The position numbers and the translations under genes are program-made. A stretch of 64,000 nt of DNA from Cetorhinus maximus (lineage: Eukaryota). Shown here in pieces: positions 12,071-24,707 of this stretch (positions are counted from its first letter, which is position 1; each line of letters opens with the position of its first letter). Below the pieces are notes generated by a model, which was not told the origin of the DNA, searched no databases, and worked only from the letters and a program-made list of their open reading frames with translations. The stretch covers positions 44,826,001 through 44,890,000 of the forward strand of contig NC_135894.1 in the NCBI RefSeq assembly GCF_964194155.1. Direction: 5' to 3'.

Positions 12071-13341
12071 TTTGAAAAGAAAAAAATGTTATTTTCATTA
12101 TTTTTGTCAAATGATAATATTTTTGTTAAACATACCCATGTTAAGGAAAAAAATTAACGTAAATTACTAACAAATTAATTTTGATCATATATGTTTTGGT
12201 TGTGAATACAGTTAAAATGAGCCCAACCTGTTAAATTTCTTGTATTGTTGATATTGGTTTGGTCATACTGTATTCTGGGAAACTGTGTATATGTTTCACT
12301 TTACATTTCAATGTATAAGTTTTTTTTTTTAAATGGGAGAGAGAGTTGTAAGAGCTGAGAATTTTGTTGTACTACCCTCTCAGTGGCCCTGTCTGTTGGG
12401 GAGGTGTAAATAAAGTCTTACAATTGAGCATGTATGAGCCTTTTCTCAGTGCAATACACAACATTGTCCCCATCCCTCCACCCATGCAGCTGAGCATAGA
12501 TGTTGGAATAATATTTTTGGCAGTAGCTTGAGATCAAATGCCCAGGGGTGAACTGAAGACATAAATTGTCAATAACAATGAGCAAAAGCATGCAAGCCAG
12601 AGAAATAACCATCTGGTCTTCTCTGTGAACAAAGTTAACAAAGTGGAAGACCGTGGGCAAACAAGATAAATGGGAAATGCTCCATCTCTCCTCATCTCCA
12701 ACGCAATAGCAGTCACGATTCACTTCGCCCTTAATGAGTTGAGTCCCCTCCACTGAGACAAAAAAAACCACAAACCTCTGATCCACTGAAATGAAACCAG
12801 AAACAACTCTTGCCTCTTCCTTTTGAAGTAGCTCAAACTTACACCTTGTTACATTACAACTCACACATGAAAAGTAAAGCACTCCCCTAGCCACACAGAA
12901 ATGGAATTGGGCCTAGGTCCACTGCAGCTCCCTCCTCCCATTAAGAGGAAAATTGGCCCTGGCAGAGTTACCCAACCCTTCCCCATCTGACAATTGCTCC
13001 TTCACTTCCTTTTCTCTCCTCACCTACTCCCCCTCCCCCAATATGAAGGAAGTCTCTCTGGCCCAGTACCCTTTCATTGTCCTGTAACTTCCCACTAACT
13101 CCTTCCTCTTTCCTCCCCAAATCCCATCCTCCTTCTTGCTCCAGTTTATCACCTGGTTGACTTGACGATTGGACTTGTTTTTGACTCCCCACGCACAATG
13201 GCATTAGAGGTCAATTCATCTGTTTCATCTATGAAGGTGCGATTCGGAAGGTGTGAAGTAATGACCTGTACTCTGTGAAATCTGTCAGGGACTGTCTGTA
13301 CGGTGGCAAAATGCCTGTAATAGCACTGTCTTTTAGCCATT

Positions 13342-16140
13342 TGTGATGTATGCATATAAACCAAACCGGATTAAACAAGTTTCACTTTTGTACCAGACTC
13401 CATGTTGCACACATGAGTGCTTTTGTTGTGCCAAGATATCACAGTCTGGCAACAAAGATGGGATCCCCAAACAAACAAATTTTGGTTGGAGAAGCTTCCA
13501 GCTAACCAACCGAGGAACTCATGAGAGTTTTCTTTTTGAGAGAATAGGCTTTAAAAAATCCAGTCTGAGGGAAAAGGCTATTGTACGCATGGGTGGATTG
13601 ACCTTCAAAGATGGCTATGTCAGCAGGTATTATTGGGTGCCTATGAGACTACAGCCATGACCAGTGATAGCCTTTGGGTGCAGATGTGGAGCAGCTAGAG
13701 ATGTTTTTCACTACTAACAATATCCTCAAAGACCCTGATAGTCCAGCTATCAACCAGGCAATGCAGGAATGGAAAAAGGCAATATTTTTGACAGAATCAG
13801 GCCCAGAAGTGTTTGAAACACTCAAAAATTTGCTCGTCCCAAGGCAAAGCCAAAAGGCACACAGTGGTGGGACATTTTGATTAAGATTGAGCAGCACCAC
13901 AATTGCAAACCATTGGAGGTTGCAGAAAGCTGTTGTTTCAGAACGAGGAATCAGCCCAGTAAGGACATTGTAGAGTTGAAGATTGAAAAAACTGTGCATT
14001 CATTGTAATTTTGGAGAATATTTTGGAGAGCGTTGTGGGACAGATTTGTTTGCGGTTAAAAAAATGAATGATTTCAGAGTAAGTTGATGACATTGCCAAA
14101 ATTAACTTTTGATATAGCATTGTCCATGGACATGACAGAATGTGACTCGAGAGAAGTGAAAGTTAACAACAGCCAGTTATATGCTAAAGTAAATAAGCTG
14201 CAGCTGAGTACGCAGAAGGTCTCAATGACAGCAGTTAGTTGCAGCAATGGTGCAACCAAGTTCTGTTACTGGTGCTTAAGCCAACATTTGGCATAGAATT
14301 GTCCATTTGTGAAGGCAGAATGCTACAGCTGCAAGAAGAATGGTCATCTTGCCAAGGCATGTCACAAGAAGGTTAACAGAGAGAATGATGGCTGGAAGAA
14401 ATGACAGTCACTGCATATGGTTGTCAAACAGCAGCAGGTCGATGAGGGATTGGTTGAGATCCATACAATTAGGAGCACAAAGGTGTCTAATGGAAATTCA
14501 CAGGGCATCGCAGTCCAACTAACACTGGTTGGAGCTCTGGTAAACATGGACGTCGATACAGGTGCATCAATTAGCCTGATTCCTGAATCGCTGTATCATG
14601 AAAAGCTGAGTCAATATCAGCTGGAATAATCCAATATCAAGTTATTCAGTTAGAGAGGAGAAAAAATTCCCATATTGGAAGTGTGTTGGTTCTGGTCATG
14701 TACAATGAGCAATGTCCCCAATTACCTATTATTGATGTGAAATGTGATAAACCAGTCTTGTTAGGAAGAGACTGGTTAGCAGCATTTAAGTTAAGTTGGA
14801 ATGAGCTTTTTCACATTGAAGCAAGATTCACACGCAAGGCACTGTGATCAACAAGTACCCTTATGTATTTAGTGAAACTGGAAAACTGATTCAATGGTAC
14901 AAGATTAATGTATGGGTTCAGAGGAATGTAAGCATTTAATTAAAGGCAGCATCCAGTATCCTATGGTATAGCAAGAACTGAAAAGACTTGGGACTGAGAA
15001 CATTATCTCTAAAGTAGAACAGAGTAATTGGACTACTCCCATAGTGGTAGTTAGATGGCAGTGTAAGAATATGTGGAGATCATAAGGTAACTGTAAATCA
15101 TGTACTAGAATGTAATCCACCCGATACTTTGCCAATGGTGGAGGATCTGTTCACAATGTTGTCAGGAGATTTTTCTTCAAAGTTGACCTGACAAATGCCC
15201 ATCTGCAACTTCAGTTAAATTATGAATCTAAGTCATACTTGATTATTAATACACACACAGGTCTGTTTCAGTCTCATTGGCTGCCACTTGATGTTTCTTC
15301 AGCCACCGGAATTTTCCAAGGGGTGATGAACCAAATTTTGCAAGGAATTCTGGGGGTAGTGTGCTATTTAGATGACATACTTATCTCAGCTCCAAACTGG
15401 CAGATCCATGATGACAGGCTGAATAAGGTGCTTAGAAAAGCATGGAGTTCAGGCAAAAGCACACAAATGTGAAATGTTTCATAACTTTGTGGGGTACTTG
15501 GGTCACAGGTGTCAAAAATGGGTTACGTCCTAGCAAAAGTTTGGTTCAAGCCATAAGAAATGCATCACATCCACAGAACATTTCTGACCTCAGATCATTT
15601 TAGGTTTAGTGAATTACTATGGTAACTTCATACCAAATTTGGCAACCTTATTGCATCTATTGAATGAATTCTTGAGGAAGGGTGTTCTGTGGAATTGGAT
15701 AAGGGAGTGTGATAAATCATTCAATTATGTAAAAATCAACTTTAGAGGATACAATGCTTGTACATTACAATGTGACCAAAAAGATTAAGCTAGCATGTGA
15801 TACCTCTCCATATGATGTGGCCTCTCATCTGTTGGATACTGGTGAGGAGAGCCCGATTGCAATTGCCCATTGCATCCTCAGTGCCAGTGAACAAAATTAT
15901 GCTCATATAGAATGTGAAGCATTGTCTTTGATTTTTGGAGTAAGAAGATTTCATAAATACTGGTATGGCTGTAGTTTCATAATCGAAACTGACCATAAGC
16001 CACTGAAGGCTATTCCGAATCCAGCCTCCAGTCTCCATTTAGCTGCAGCCTGAATGCGAAGACAGGCTTTGATTTTATCTGCTTATAAATATGACATTAA
16101 ATTGAGATGATAGGAAGATCATTGTACAGCTGATGCCTGT
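13342..16140 (+). mobile_element. Ty3/Gypsy LTR retrotransposon (Mag/K02A2.6-like), 3'-truncated before integrase, decayed
   Basis: Short LTR TGTGAT...ATCACA (13342-13443); PBS-like TGGCAACAAAG at 13447; gag VEQLEMFFTTNNI...KKAIFLTESGPEVFETLKNLLVP; two Zn knuckles (CYWCLSQHLA*NC, CYSCKKNGHLAKAC); protease MDVDTGAS; RT CYLDDILI; RNase H LACDTSPY...ETDHKPL. Confidence 0.9.
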
Positions 16141-16784
16141 CTAGAGGCTTGAGAATCTTGAGCCTCATCAAAACAAATGGAAGAAACGAAAAACAGGGAT
16201 TGGTGCAAAACAGGGTGTTGACCCACCATCGCTTATTTTATTACTCTTGCTAAGTCTGGGAATTAAATCCCTATTTGTCACTAAGGGATTGCTTAAAGAA
16301 AGGTTTTACAAATCTCTACTCTATCCTAGGTTCAACCCAGATTGGCTGTAAATTCACAGTGTACAAAGCAATTTGTATGATAGCTTCTGCAAGCAGGGAG
16401 AACAATACAGTTTTTGAGTTAAGACCTTACAGAGTTTGTGTACCATGTATTGTTCTTCTTTGAAAAATCAGATCACCAATTCAATGTACTGTTTTCCTGA
16501 GCTGCTGATACGTGTCTAATTGACAAATCCTGGGGATAGTTTCATTAGTGTAAAAGGAGCAGATGCCATTTACGGTATAATGTGGGTTGGTGCCAGGGAA
16601 GTCAGAATGGTAAGGTTGTATTAGCTACAGGGTTGAATTGTTTTGTGAATATAGCAATTTCTTTGTAGCCACTTTCCAAACATCACTTGATTGTGATTAA
16701 TTATCCTTAGAGACTCAGCATTGGGTCTCCAATTTCACCATTGCTACTGTCACTCTGCCTACTGCATGCAGGTGCAATGAAAAA

Positions 16785-16960
16785 AACACAAAGCCTACAT
16801 TTATACAGCACCTTTCATGATGTCCTAAATCACTTTACAGCTGATTAAGTAATTTTGAGTTGTCATAGTCACTGGTACAATGTAGGCAATGTTATCAAAT
16901 GGCAGAGCAGGCTCCGGGAACCAAATGGCTTACTCCTGCTCCTAATATGTTCATATGTCA
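16785..16960. repeat. Deu-SINE 3' tail (minus) abutting a short CR1 3' tail (plus)
   Basis: CATTTATACAGCACCTTTCATG...GTCACTG...TGTAGG resembles 57160-57270; AAATGGCAGAGCAGGCTC...ATGGCTTACTCCTGCTCCTAA is the CR1 3' end. Confidence 0.6.
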
Positions 16961-18059
16961 TTCTGGATGGATGAGATGAGCTGGGCTAGATGGCCTTTGT
17001 TAGTCATAATTATCCTGTGAACAGATGATGGAATCATTGCTGGAGTTCTGTTTATTTTATTGCTAATGAAAGTTTACTGTGAGCAGGCTTTGTTGTGGGG
17101 GGGGGGGGGGGGGGGTGTGGAGATTGCCAGGACAGGAGTGCGTAATGGGATCATCATGAATCAGTAACTCATTTTGTATTGCACATGATTCTCAAGAACC
17201 TTTTCCATTGACTTCAATTTTGCCCTTTTGTCTACTTATTATCCCACTCTATCTTGATGTTTTTTATGATTTTTCTGAGGTATTGGACTACCTTGATAAA
17301 GTTGTGTTGCAGAGTAGATATTGAAAATATATTGGAGTGAGAAGAAGAAATCAGCAGGGTCTTCAGACCTGGTGATCAAGAAAACACAGATACACCTGTG
17401 AACCATTCAGTCTTTGTCCTCTCGACTCTTAAAAACTGTGTTGTGCAGAGAACCTGAGAGCTCCAACTCTTCTCACTGACAGTGAAGACCTATATTGTTC
17501 GATCATTCCACTTTGTTGCTCAGGGGTCATTTGATCTTTCTACCCTGTGAGATTGCTGATAAAATAGAATCCAACCACAGCCCTTGTAGGAAATAATTAT
17601 ATTGAATAATATCGTGCAGGAGAAAGTCCTCTACTTCTTCTACAGATAGAAATGATCCTGTGCAATTTAACTGGGTTGAAAGTATTAATCTTCCCCCCAC
17701 CAAATATGAATTTACTGTCACCGTTTCCATATGGTACAATGTGCAGAGCATGTTAATGAGGGCTGAGGCAGTTACCAAAATCAGTGTTACTGTCTGCACA
17801 ATGTTATAAATAACAAATGGGATATTTTGCTGTCAAATTAATAATATTGCATGATGCTGTTAAAGTAACATTTGTACTTGCTGGTTTGCTTAATAGCCAT
17901 GGTGGGATGGGATCACCTAATAGAGTGCACAAAATCTAACACTGCATTATATCATTTCTGCTCTTAATGTTAATGACCCATGCTGCATATATATTGGATG
18001 GTATTTGTAACCAGATACCACCAATGGGTGTTATTATTTTACTAGGACCTTTCTGTGAT

Positions 18060-19400
18060 TGTTTGGTGAATTGATCAGTGAATCTGAAAAGGGGAAAAAG
18101 TATCGTGCATGATTGAAGGGGAGGGTTAAAGGGGCAGTGGGGTAGGGGGGTGCAGGTATGGGGACATAAGGGGCCCGGAAACATGAGAAGCACCAGGGCC
18201 TCAGTTGGCAATGGGGTGGAAAGATCCTCCACAGGGTGGAGGAGGGAAAGTGGCAGGGTCCCCACCAGCATAAAATACCTCTCTACTTGTCTAATTGTAT
18301 TGCAGTTGACGTGAAGCAATGAATCTACTTACTATGTGCCATTTCCTTCTAGCTAAGATCCTAGGGCCACAAGTCATGGCCTTTCAGAAGCAAGCCTCAC
18401 ACAGCACTTGACTATTTGCAGCAGTCATCAGCTCAGCTGCATGCATTCTAGAGAATTTTCGTGATTTGAGAAAGCAGTATGGGGTGAGTCACTTCAACGG
18501 GAGGAGTGGAGATAAAAGGCTGTCACTGGGTGGAGGCCTAACTAAATGTCCCTGTTGATTTACTTCATCATTCAGACATCACATGGTCAGTTATGAAATG
18601 GAGAATATTTCAAGAATACAAATGACTGCACTAGTCATTTGTCTGCTTGCAAAGCATAATATGAACAGTCGGTACAGAGTTGAACCATGTGGTGCAGCAG
18701 GCTTTTCTGTTATCCAAACTGCCACTAAGTAGCATAAAGCATCAGTGGCATCTACTGGGGAGACCTCAGGCAGGCAAGTCATGAACACAGTTGGAGCATC
18801 CTCTGGAATGCTCACACTAATACTGTTGAAGCACTGAAGCTGACACTCCATGATGTGATAACAGCCAGCTTCAATACACAAGGAACTATGAATGATTTGT
18901 TCAGGGGCCTCATGGCATTGCAACAGTTTGTGTTCAAGCAAATGAGTAGTTGGTTTGAGGACTCTGCTTCTAGCTGGAATTTTGGTCAGGTACACAGGAG
19001 CAAGTGGTTGGCTGTCAAATTGCTTCTTGTCCCTTGCCCACACCCATCTCTAGGCAGATGGCAGCATCAATCCCAAAATCAAACAGAACTAAAATAGGAA
19101 AGACTATTTCTAACACACAGGTAGGACTAGCAGAGGTTGTGATAGTTAGAAATGAGCAGCCAGCTGAATTGCAAGCAAATCTGCAGTAGACCACAGAGAA
19201 AGGAGTATTGGAATGCTCCTTCCAATATTATAACAAGTGGAAGCAGTACAATAGAGAGAGTATGGTGTGCTAATGCTCATTGGAAGCACAGTGAAATATC
19301 ACTGATGCCTTCAATAAAGATACGGGATTTCAGAAACTTTCAGTTTGTTTTATTTAAAAATATTTATTTTGCAGGTCAGCATCATTAATAGTTGCTGATT
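18060..19400 (+). mobile_element. Possible very old Harbinger Myb/SANT gene remnant
   Basis: G-rich intron-like tract, acceptor-like TTCATCATTCAG near 18575, then decayed coding-like sequence; no diagnostic motif is intact. Confidence 0.3.
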
Positions 19401-20003
19401 TAATAAAATTAGAAAAGAATATTGATGAATGCCATGTGTTGCTGTATAAAAGCTAGAATGGACACATGGGTTCAATCAATGGCGCCCTGTATTCTGGAAT
19501 GACACACCTTTTATAGAAGGTGTGGTGGTCACACTTCTCCTGCATCCCAGCACTGAACCATTTGATTATTAGCATATTGAGAAGGGGCATCGCTGATTAG
19601 GCAATGGATGATCTTTGACAAGCCTCCTGCCTTCGTCTGAAAGGATTCTGTTGCGCAAATTTGAGTGCTGTCATTTTCACTAAAACTGGAAAAACTGACA
19701 CAGTTGTTTATTTAGTCTTGATGAGGTTCAAAGACCCTGCTATGAAGTCTTTCTGTAAGCAAAATATTCTACTATCTAGCAACACACTACTATTTACATA
19801 AACGAACACATTTTCTGACAACCCATGAGTTCATTTTGATCAGTCTTTTGTGCTTTTATAAACACATTCGAAAAGCTATCAGTTCTATGAAAATATCTGG
19901 GGAAATGGGAAAATTGGCAGCCGGCAGTGAGTAATAAGGATTGTAATCCAGTCAATTGTAGCTGATCATCTCAGTGTCAACTGGACTCCTGAGATTGACT
20001 AAA

Positions 20004-21130
20004 CTAGGGGTAATGTATTAGCATGGATTGAGGATTGGTTAACACACAGAAGGCAGAGAGTCAGAATTAGTGGGTCTTTTTCAGGTTGGAAAGGCGTAAC
20101 TAGTGGAGTGCCACAAGGATCAGTCCCGGTGCCTCAATTATTTACTATCTATATTAGTGACTTGAGGAGGGGACAGAGTGTAATGTATCCAAATTTGCTG
20201 ATGATACAAAAAAAGGCAGGAGGGCATGTTGTGATGAGGACATAAGGAATCTGCAAGGGGATATAGATAGGTTGAATGAGTGGGCAAAAACTTGGCAGAT
20301 GGAGTTTAATGTAAGAAAGTGTGAGGTCATGCACTTTGGTAGGAAGAATCAAAAAGTAAACTATTATTTAAATGGAGAGAGACTCCAAAAAAGTGCAGCA
20401 CAGAGGGTTCTGGGTGTTCTTGTGCACGAAACACAAGAAGTTAGCATGCAGGTACAGCAAGTAATTAAGAAGGCAAATGGAATTTTGGCCTGTATTGCTA
20501 GGGGGTTGGAGTTTATAAACAGGGAAGTCTTGTTACAGCTGTACAGGGTGTTGGTGAGGCCGCACCAGGAGCACTGTGTACAGTTTTGGTCCCTGTACTT
20601 AAGAAAGGATATGCTGGCATTGAAGGCAGTTCAAAAGAGATTCACTAGGCTGATTCCTGGGATGAAGGGGTTAACTTATCAAGAACGGCTAAACAGCTTA
20701 GGCCTTTATTCATTAGGATTTAGAAGAATGAGGGGTGATCTTATTGAAACGTACAAGATTCTGAGGGTGCTTGACAGGGTAGATGTTGAGAAGATGTTTC
20801 CACTAGTGGGGGAATCTCAAACTAGGGGACATAGTTACAGAATAAGTGGACACTCATTTAAAACGGAGATGTGAAGGAATTTCTTCTCTCAGAGGGTAGT
20901 GAATGTCTAGAATTCTCTAGCCCAGAGAGTTGTCGAGGCTAGATCACTGAAAGTATTTAAAGAGGAGGTAGATAGATTTTTGAAATATCAGGTAGTTGAG
21001 GGCCATGAGGAGTTGGCACGAAAGAGGAATTGAGTCCTAGGGAAGATCAGCCATGATCTTATTGAATGATGGGGCAGGCGCGAGAGGCTGAATGGCCTAC
21101 TCCTGCTCCTATTTTGTATGCTCTTACGTT
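20004..21130 (+). mobile_element. 5'-truncated CR1 LINE (subfamily shared with 39703-42218 and 63428-64000)
   Basis: KFADDTK, EWAKTWQMEFNVRKCEVMHFG, LEFINREVLLQLY, RRMRGDLIETYKIL; 3' UTR with AATGGCCTACTCCTGCTCCT. Confidence 0.95.
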
Positions 21131-22871
21131 GTTAAAAGCTTTAGGCTTACTCCCAGGTATGTATTATATACTGAATAACATAAAATGTTAATCTACTTTC
21201 CAATCACTGTGCCAGATGAATGCAGAGCAGTCGCATGTTAGAACTAGCATAATGTTGACAAAAGGGTAACAGAAATGTATTTCCTTGAAGGCATATAGCA
21301 TCATTATTGACAGATAAACTACTCATTATCTAAGCATGAAAATGCTATATTATGAAAGAAAAACACATTTAGATCAAATTCCCTTCACCGCTATTTACTT
21401 TAAACTGTTCAATGATTCCAGTACTGTGGCAGAGAAAATTTCGCACAAGTGCTTATATGGTAATATACCTGACAGTAACTCTTAGCTTTATATATATGAG
21501 CAATAATTAACTAGGATGAAAACATCAGCTCCAAATTCTATAAGTATTATCTTATCTGTAGTAAAAGTGTCTTGTTTTTGACGTCATGAAAAATGACAAA
21601 TTTCATAGTCTCCCTGTTGCATTTGGGAACCTCTTGGTTATGATAGCATAAGTGTTATCAAAGGGGTAGAGGTGCCACTTTATATTTATTCTGAGGACCC
21701 AGAATGATTATGCAAATATCCATGAAGACATTGTACTTCTCTTGTCTAAAGTAATATAAGACTGGTGCCACCCCACTCTGAATTGTCTTCTTTATGGAAA
21801 ATATTAATGGATTGCCAACATTTCTGTGAAACAGGAATTGTATATTTTCCTTACTGTCAGGTGATGCAGGTCTTTACAAGGGCTAGCATAGATGCAACAT
21901 ACAATATCAAATCAATAAACTCACATTATCCTATTGAGATACCAAATACTCTGCCACATTATGTTAATTGGATGCTTATTAAACATTTTCATGATTATTT
22001 TTGTTGATTTCATATGAGTCTAAGCTTCTTTTTCTTTTAATTTTGAATTATTTTCCCACAAAATCGGCCTCAGTTAAAGAATGAAGCTGAATGTTTATAT
22101 TGATGCTTATGTAATAAGACTCTGGGCCCTCAAACTTAATGTGGATCTCTTTGTCTATCTCAGGTTGCAGGCTGATGACCTTGACTTTGAAATTGCTGGC
22201 AACAGAATTTGCAGCCCCAGCTTGGAGTCCCAGCTCCTGGCCTATTTATGGGTTCCCTCGTTTTCTTTACTTCTGCCAATGTAGGTGAAAACTCTCGCAC
22301 TCTGAAGCAACAGCAGTGATGCAAAAAAGAAAATACACTTTGCTGTGAACTGGGACTAGACTTGCACAGACAATTACCCAACAGTACAGCAACAAAGACT
22401 GCACAGATTAAAGATTCAAGCAGGATGGCACTACACAAATAAAGAGCTAGCCTGTTAGAATGAGTTTTAAATAATCCTGAGCAGTCCATTAAAACCATAT
22501 GTGAAGTTGATAAATTCGTAAATATACCTGCATGATGACCTAGTTCATATGCATGTATCTTTAGTAATGAATATCCCAAAAAGTAACAAGGAGCTTGACG
22601 GTCCATATTTATAAAGCAAAACCAAGGAAGTCACTCGTTGCTGTTGCAATCGGACCAGCAATAGTAAAATGTAACAGTCATAGTCAAGGATCATAGAATC
22701 AAACAGCCAAAGGATAAATTGATTCCCCAAAAAGGACCAGGTTAAAATTCAACATTTGTATTTCTTCAAAATGACACAAATATAAAGGTAAGACAATTCA
22801 TAATTTCTAAATTGATCCTTGTCCTATTACCAATATAAGTATATTGGATAGGGTACAGCACTCCATAAAAG

Positions 22872-23975
22872 TACATATGAACACATGAACATACAAATTA
22901 AGAGCAGGAGTAGGCCACTCGGGCCCCCGAGCCTGCTCTGCCATTCAATAAGATCATGGCTGATCTGATTGTAACAGCACATTCCCGCCTACCCCCGATA
23001 ACCTTTCACTCCCTTGCTTATCAAGAATCTACCTAGCTCTGCCTTAAAAATATCCAAAGACTCTGCTTCCACCACCTTTTGAGGAAGAGAGTTCCAAAGA
23101 CTCATGACCCTCTAAGAGAAAAAAATTTCTCCTCATCTCTGTCTTAAGTGAGCAACTCCTTTTTTTAAACAGTGAGCCCTAGTTCTCCCATAGGAGGAAA
23201 CATCCTTTCCACATCCAACCTGTCAAGACCCCTCAGGATCTTATATATTTCAATCAAGTCACCTTTTCCTCTCCTAAACTCCAGTGGATACAAGCCTAGC
23301 CTGTCCAACCTTTCCTCATAAGACAACCTGCCCATTCCAGGTATTAGGTTAGTAAACCTTCTCTGAACTGCTTCTAACACATTTACATCTTTCCTTAATT
23401 AAGACTAATACTGTACCCAGTAATCCAGATGTGGTCTCACCAATGCCCTGTACAACTGAAGCATAACCTCCCTACTTTTGTATTTAATTCCCCTTGCAAT
23501 AAATGATAACATTCTATTAGCTTTCCTAATTACTTGCTCTATCTACATACTAGCCTTTTGTGATTCATGCACTAGGACGCCCGGATCCCTTTGCATCTCA
23601 GAGCTTTGCAATCTCTCACCATTTAGATAATATGCTTCTTTTTTATTCTTCCTGCCAAAAAGGACAATTTCACATTTTCCCACATTATACTCCATTTGCC
23701 AGATCTTTGCCCACTTACTTAACCTATCTATATCCCTTTGTAGCCTCCTTGTGTTGTCTTCACAACTTATATTCCTACCTATCTTTGCGTCAACAGCAAA
23801 TTTAGCAGCCATTCCTTCGGTCCCTTAATCCAAGTCTTTTATACAAATTGTAAAAATTTGAGACTCCAGCACTGATCCCTGTGGCACACCACTCATCACA
23901 TCCTGCCAACCAGAAAAAAGACCCATTTATGGCTACTCTGTTTCCTGCGCTAGCCAATCTTTTATCCATGCCAGT
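22872..23975 (-). mobile_element. 5'-truncated CR1 LINE
   Basis: ORFs 23165-23380 and 23543-23812 (KFAVDAKIG, LSKWAKIWQMEYN, YEERLDRLGLYPLE); 3' tail with short ATGTTC-type repeats. Confidence 0.93.
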
Positions 23976-24707
23976 AGTGATTACTACCATGACACACTTG
24001 CTCTGTAATTTTGCATAAGTGTGTGTCTGCTTGTGCCATATACTGGAATTTGACTGACACATTAGAGATTTAGGCTTTCTTGTAGAATTTCATTGGGTAA
24101 TACAAGTAAAATGATTGGGAAACTATACATTATACAAGAGTCAGGAATGCAAGACAGTGTTGAATTAGTAGGAAGTGAATTATTAAAACACCCACATGAT
24201 GCCCCATATTTGATCTTAAAAGCAAGGTCATAGTCTATGGCTCAGTGTTAGGTGCATTTGTTTGAAACAAAGGTCAGATATTGTAATTGGCATGCTGTGT
24301 TATCCACGTAGCAACATGTGAACGTATGAATGGACCAGACAAGAAAGGAACATATTAGTCCATGTGACCAGCTCCAGATGAAGAACATATTTTTTTCCAC
24401 AGCAATTCCACCGAGAAACAGCTGGGTTAAAGAACTAATAGACAGGGTAAAAGTAACATTTCAAGAAAACAACTCAAATCACTTTTGAATCGGTTGGATG
24501 AATTTGTTTTGTGGTTCTGCTATGCTCTGCATGATTCCACTTTTTTAAAATCATTTTTTTTATTATTGAATCATTTCTTCACACCATCACATTGTTTTCT
24601 GCTTGTTGAAAAGTAACATTGACATCTTGTGTATTTTCTTTCCAAGCAGTTCCTCATTCTTCGAGATTTGATTGGCTCTATTGGGGTACCCAATTTATCC
24701 ACTTTCT

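Noticed and set aside
12418-12894. 158-aa minus ORF, or a plus-strand integrase remnant
   Set aside because: No recognisable domain; the resemblance to a Gypsy integrase zinc-finger region is too faint to support.
13153-13314. 162-bp AG...GT-bounded open segment on the minus strand as a host exon
   Set aside because: The acceptor is weak, and the 3' end (ELTSNAIVR...VKSTR|GT) resembles the end of Harbinger Myb exon 1, so a TE remnant is more likely. Not fully excluded without RNA-seq.
17097-17115. Poly-G run (also at 5170-5183) as a functional G-quadruplex
   Set aside because: Simple homopolymers inside TE remnants, prone to slippage and sequencing error.
17290-17800. Coding-like stretch, possibly a piggyBac remnant or exon
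   Set aside because: No long plus-strand ORF, only a 90-aa minus ORF with no recognisable domain, and no diagnostic motif or TIR.
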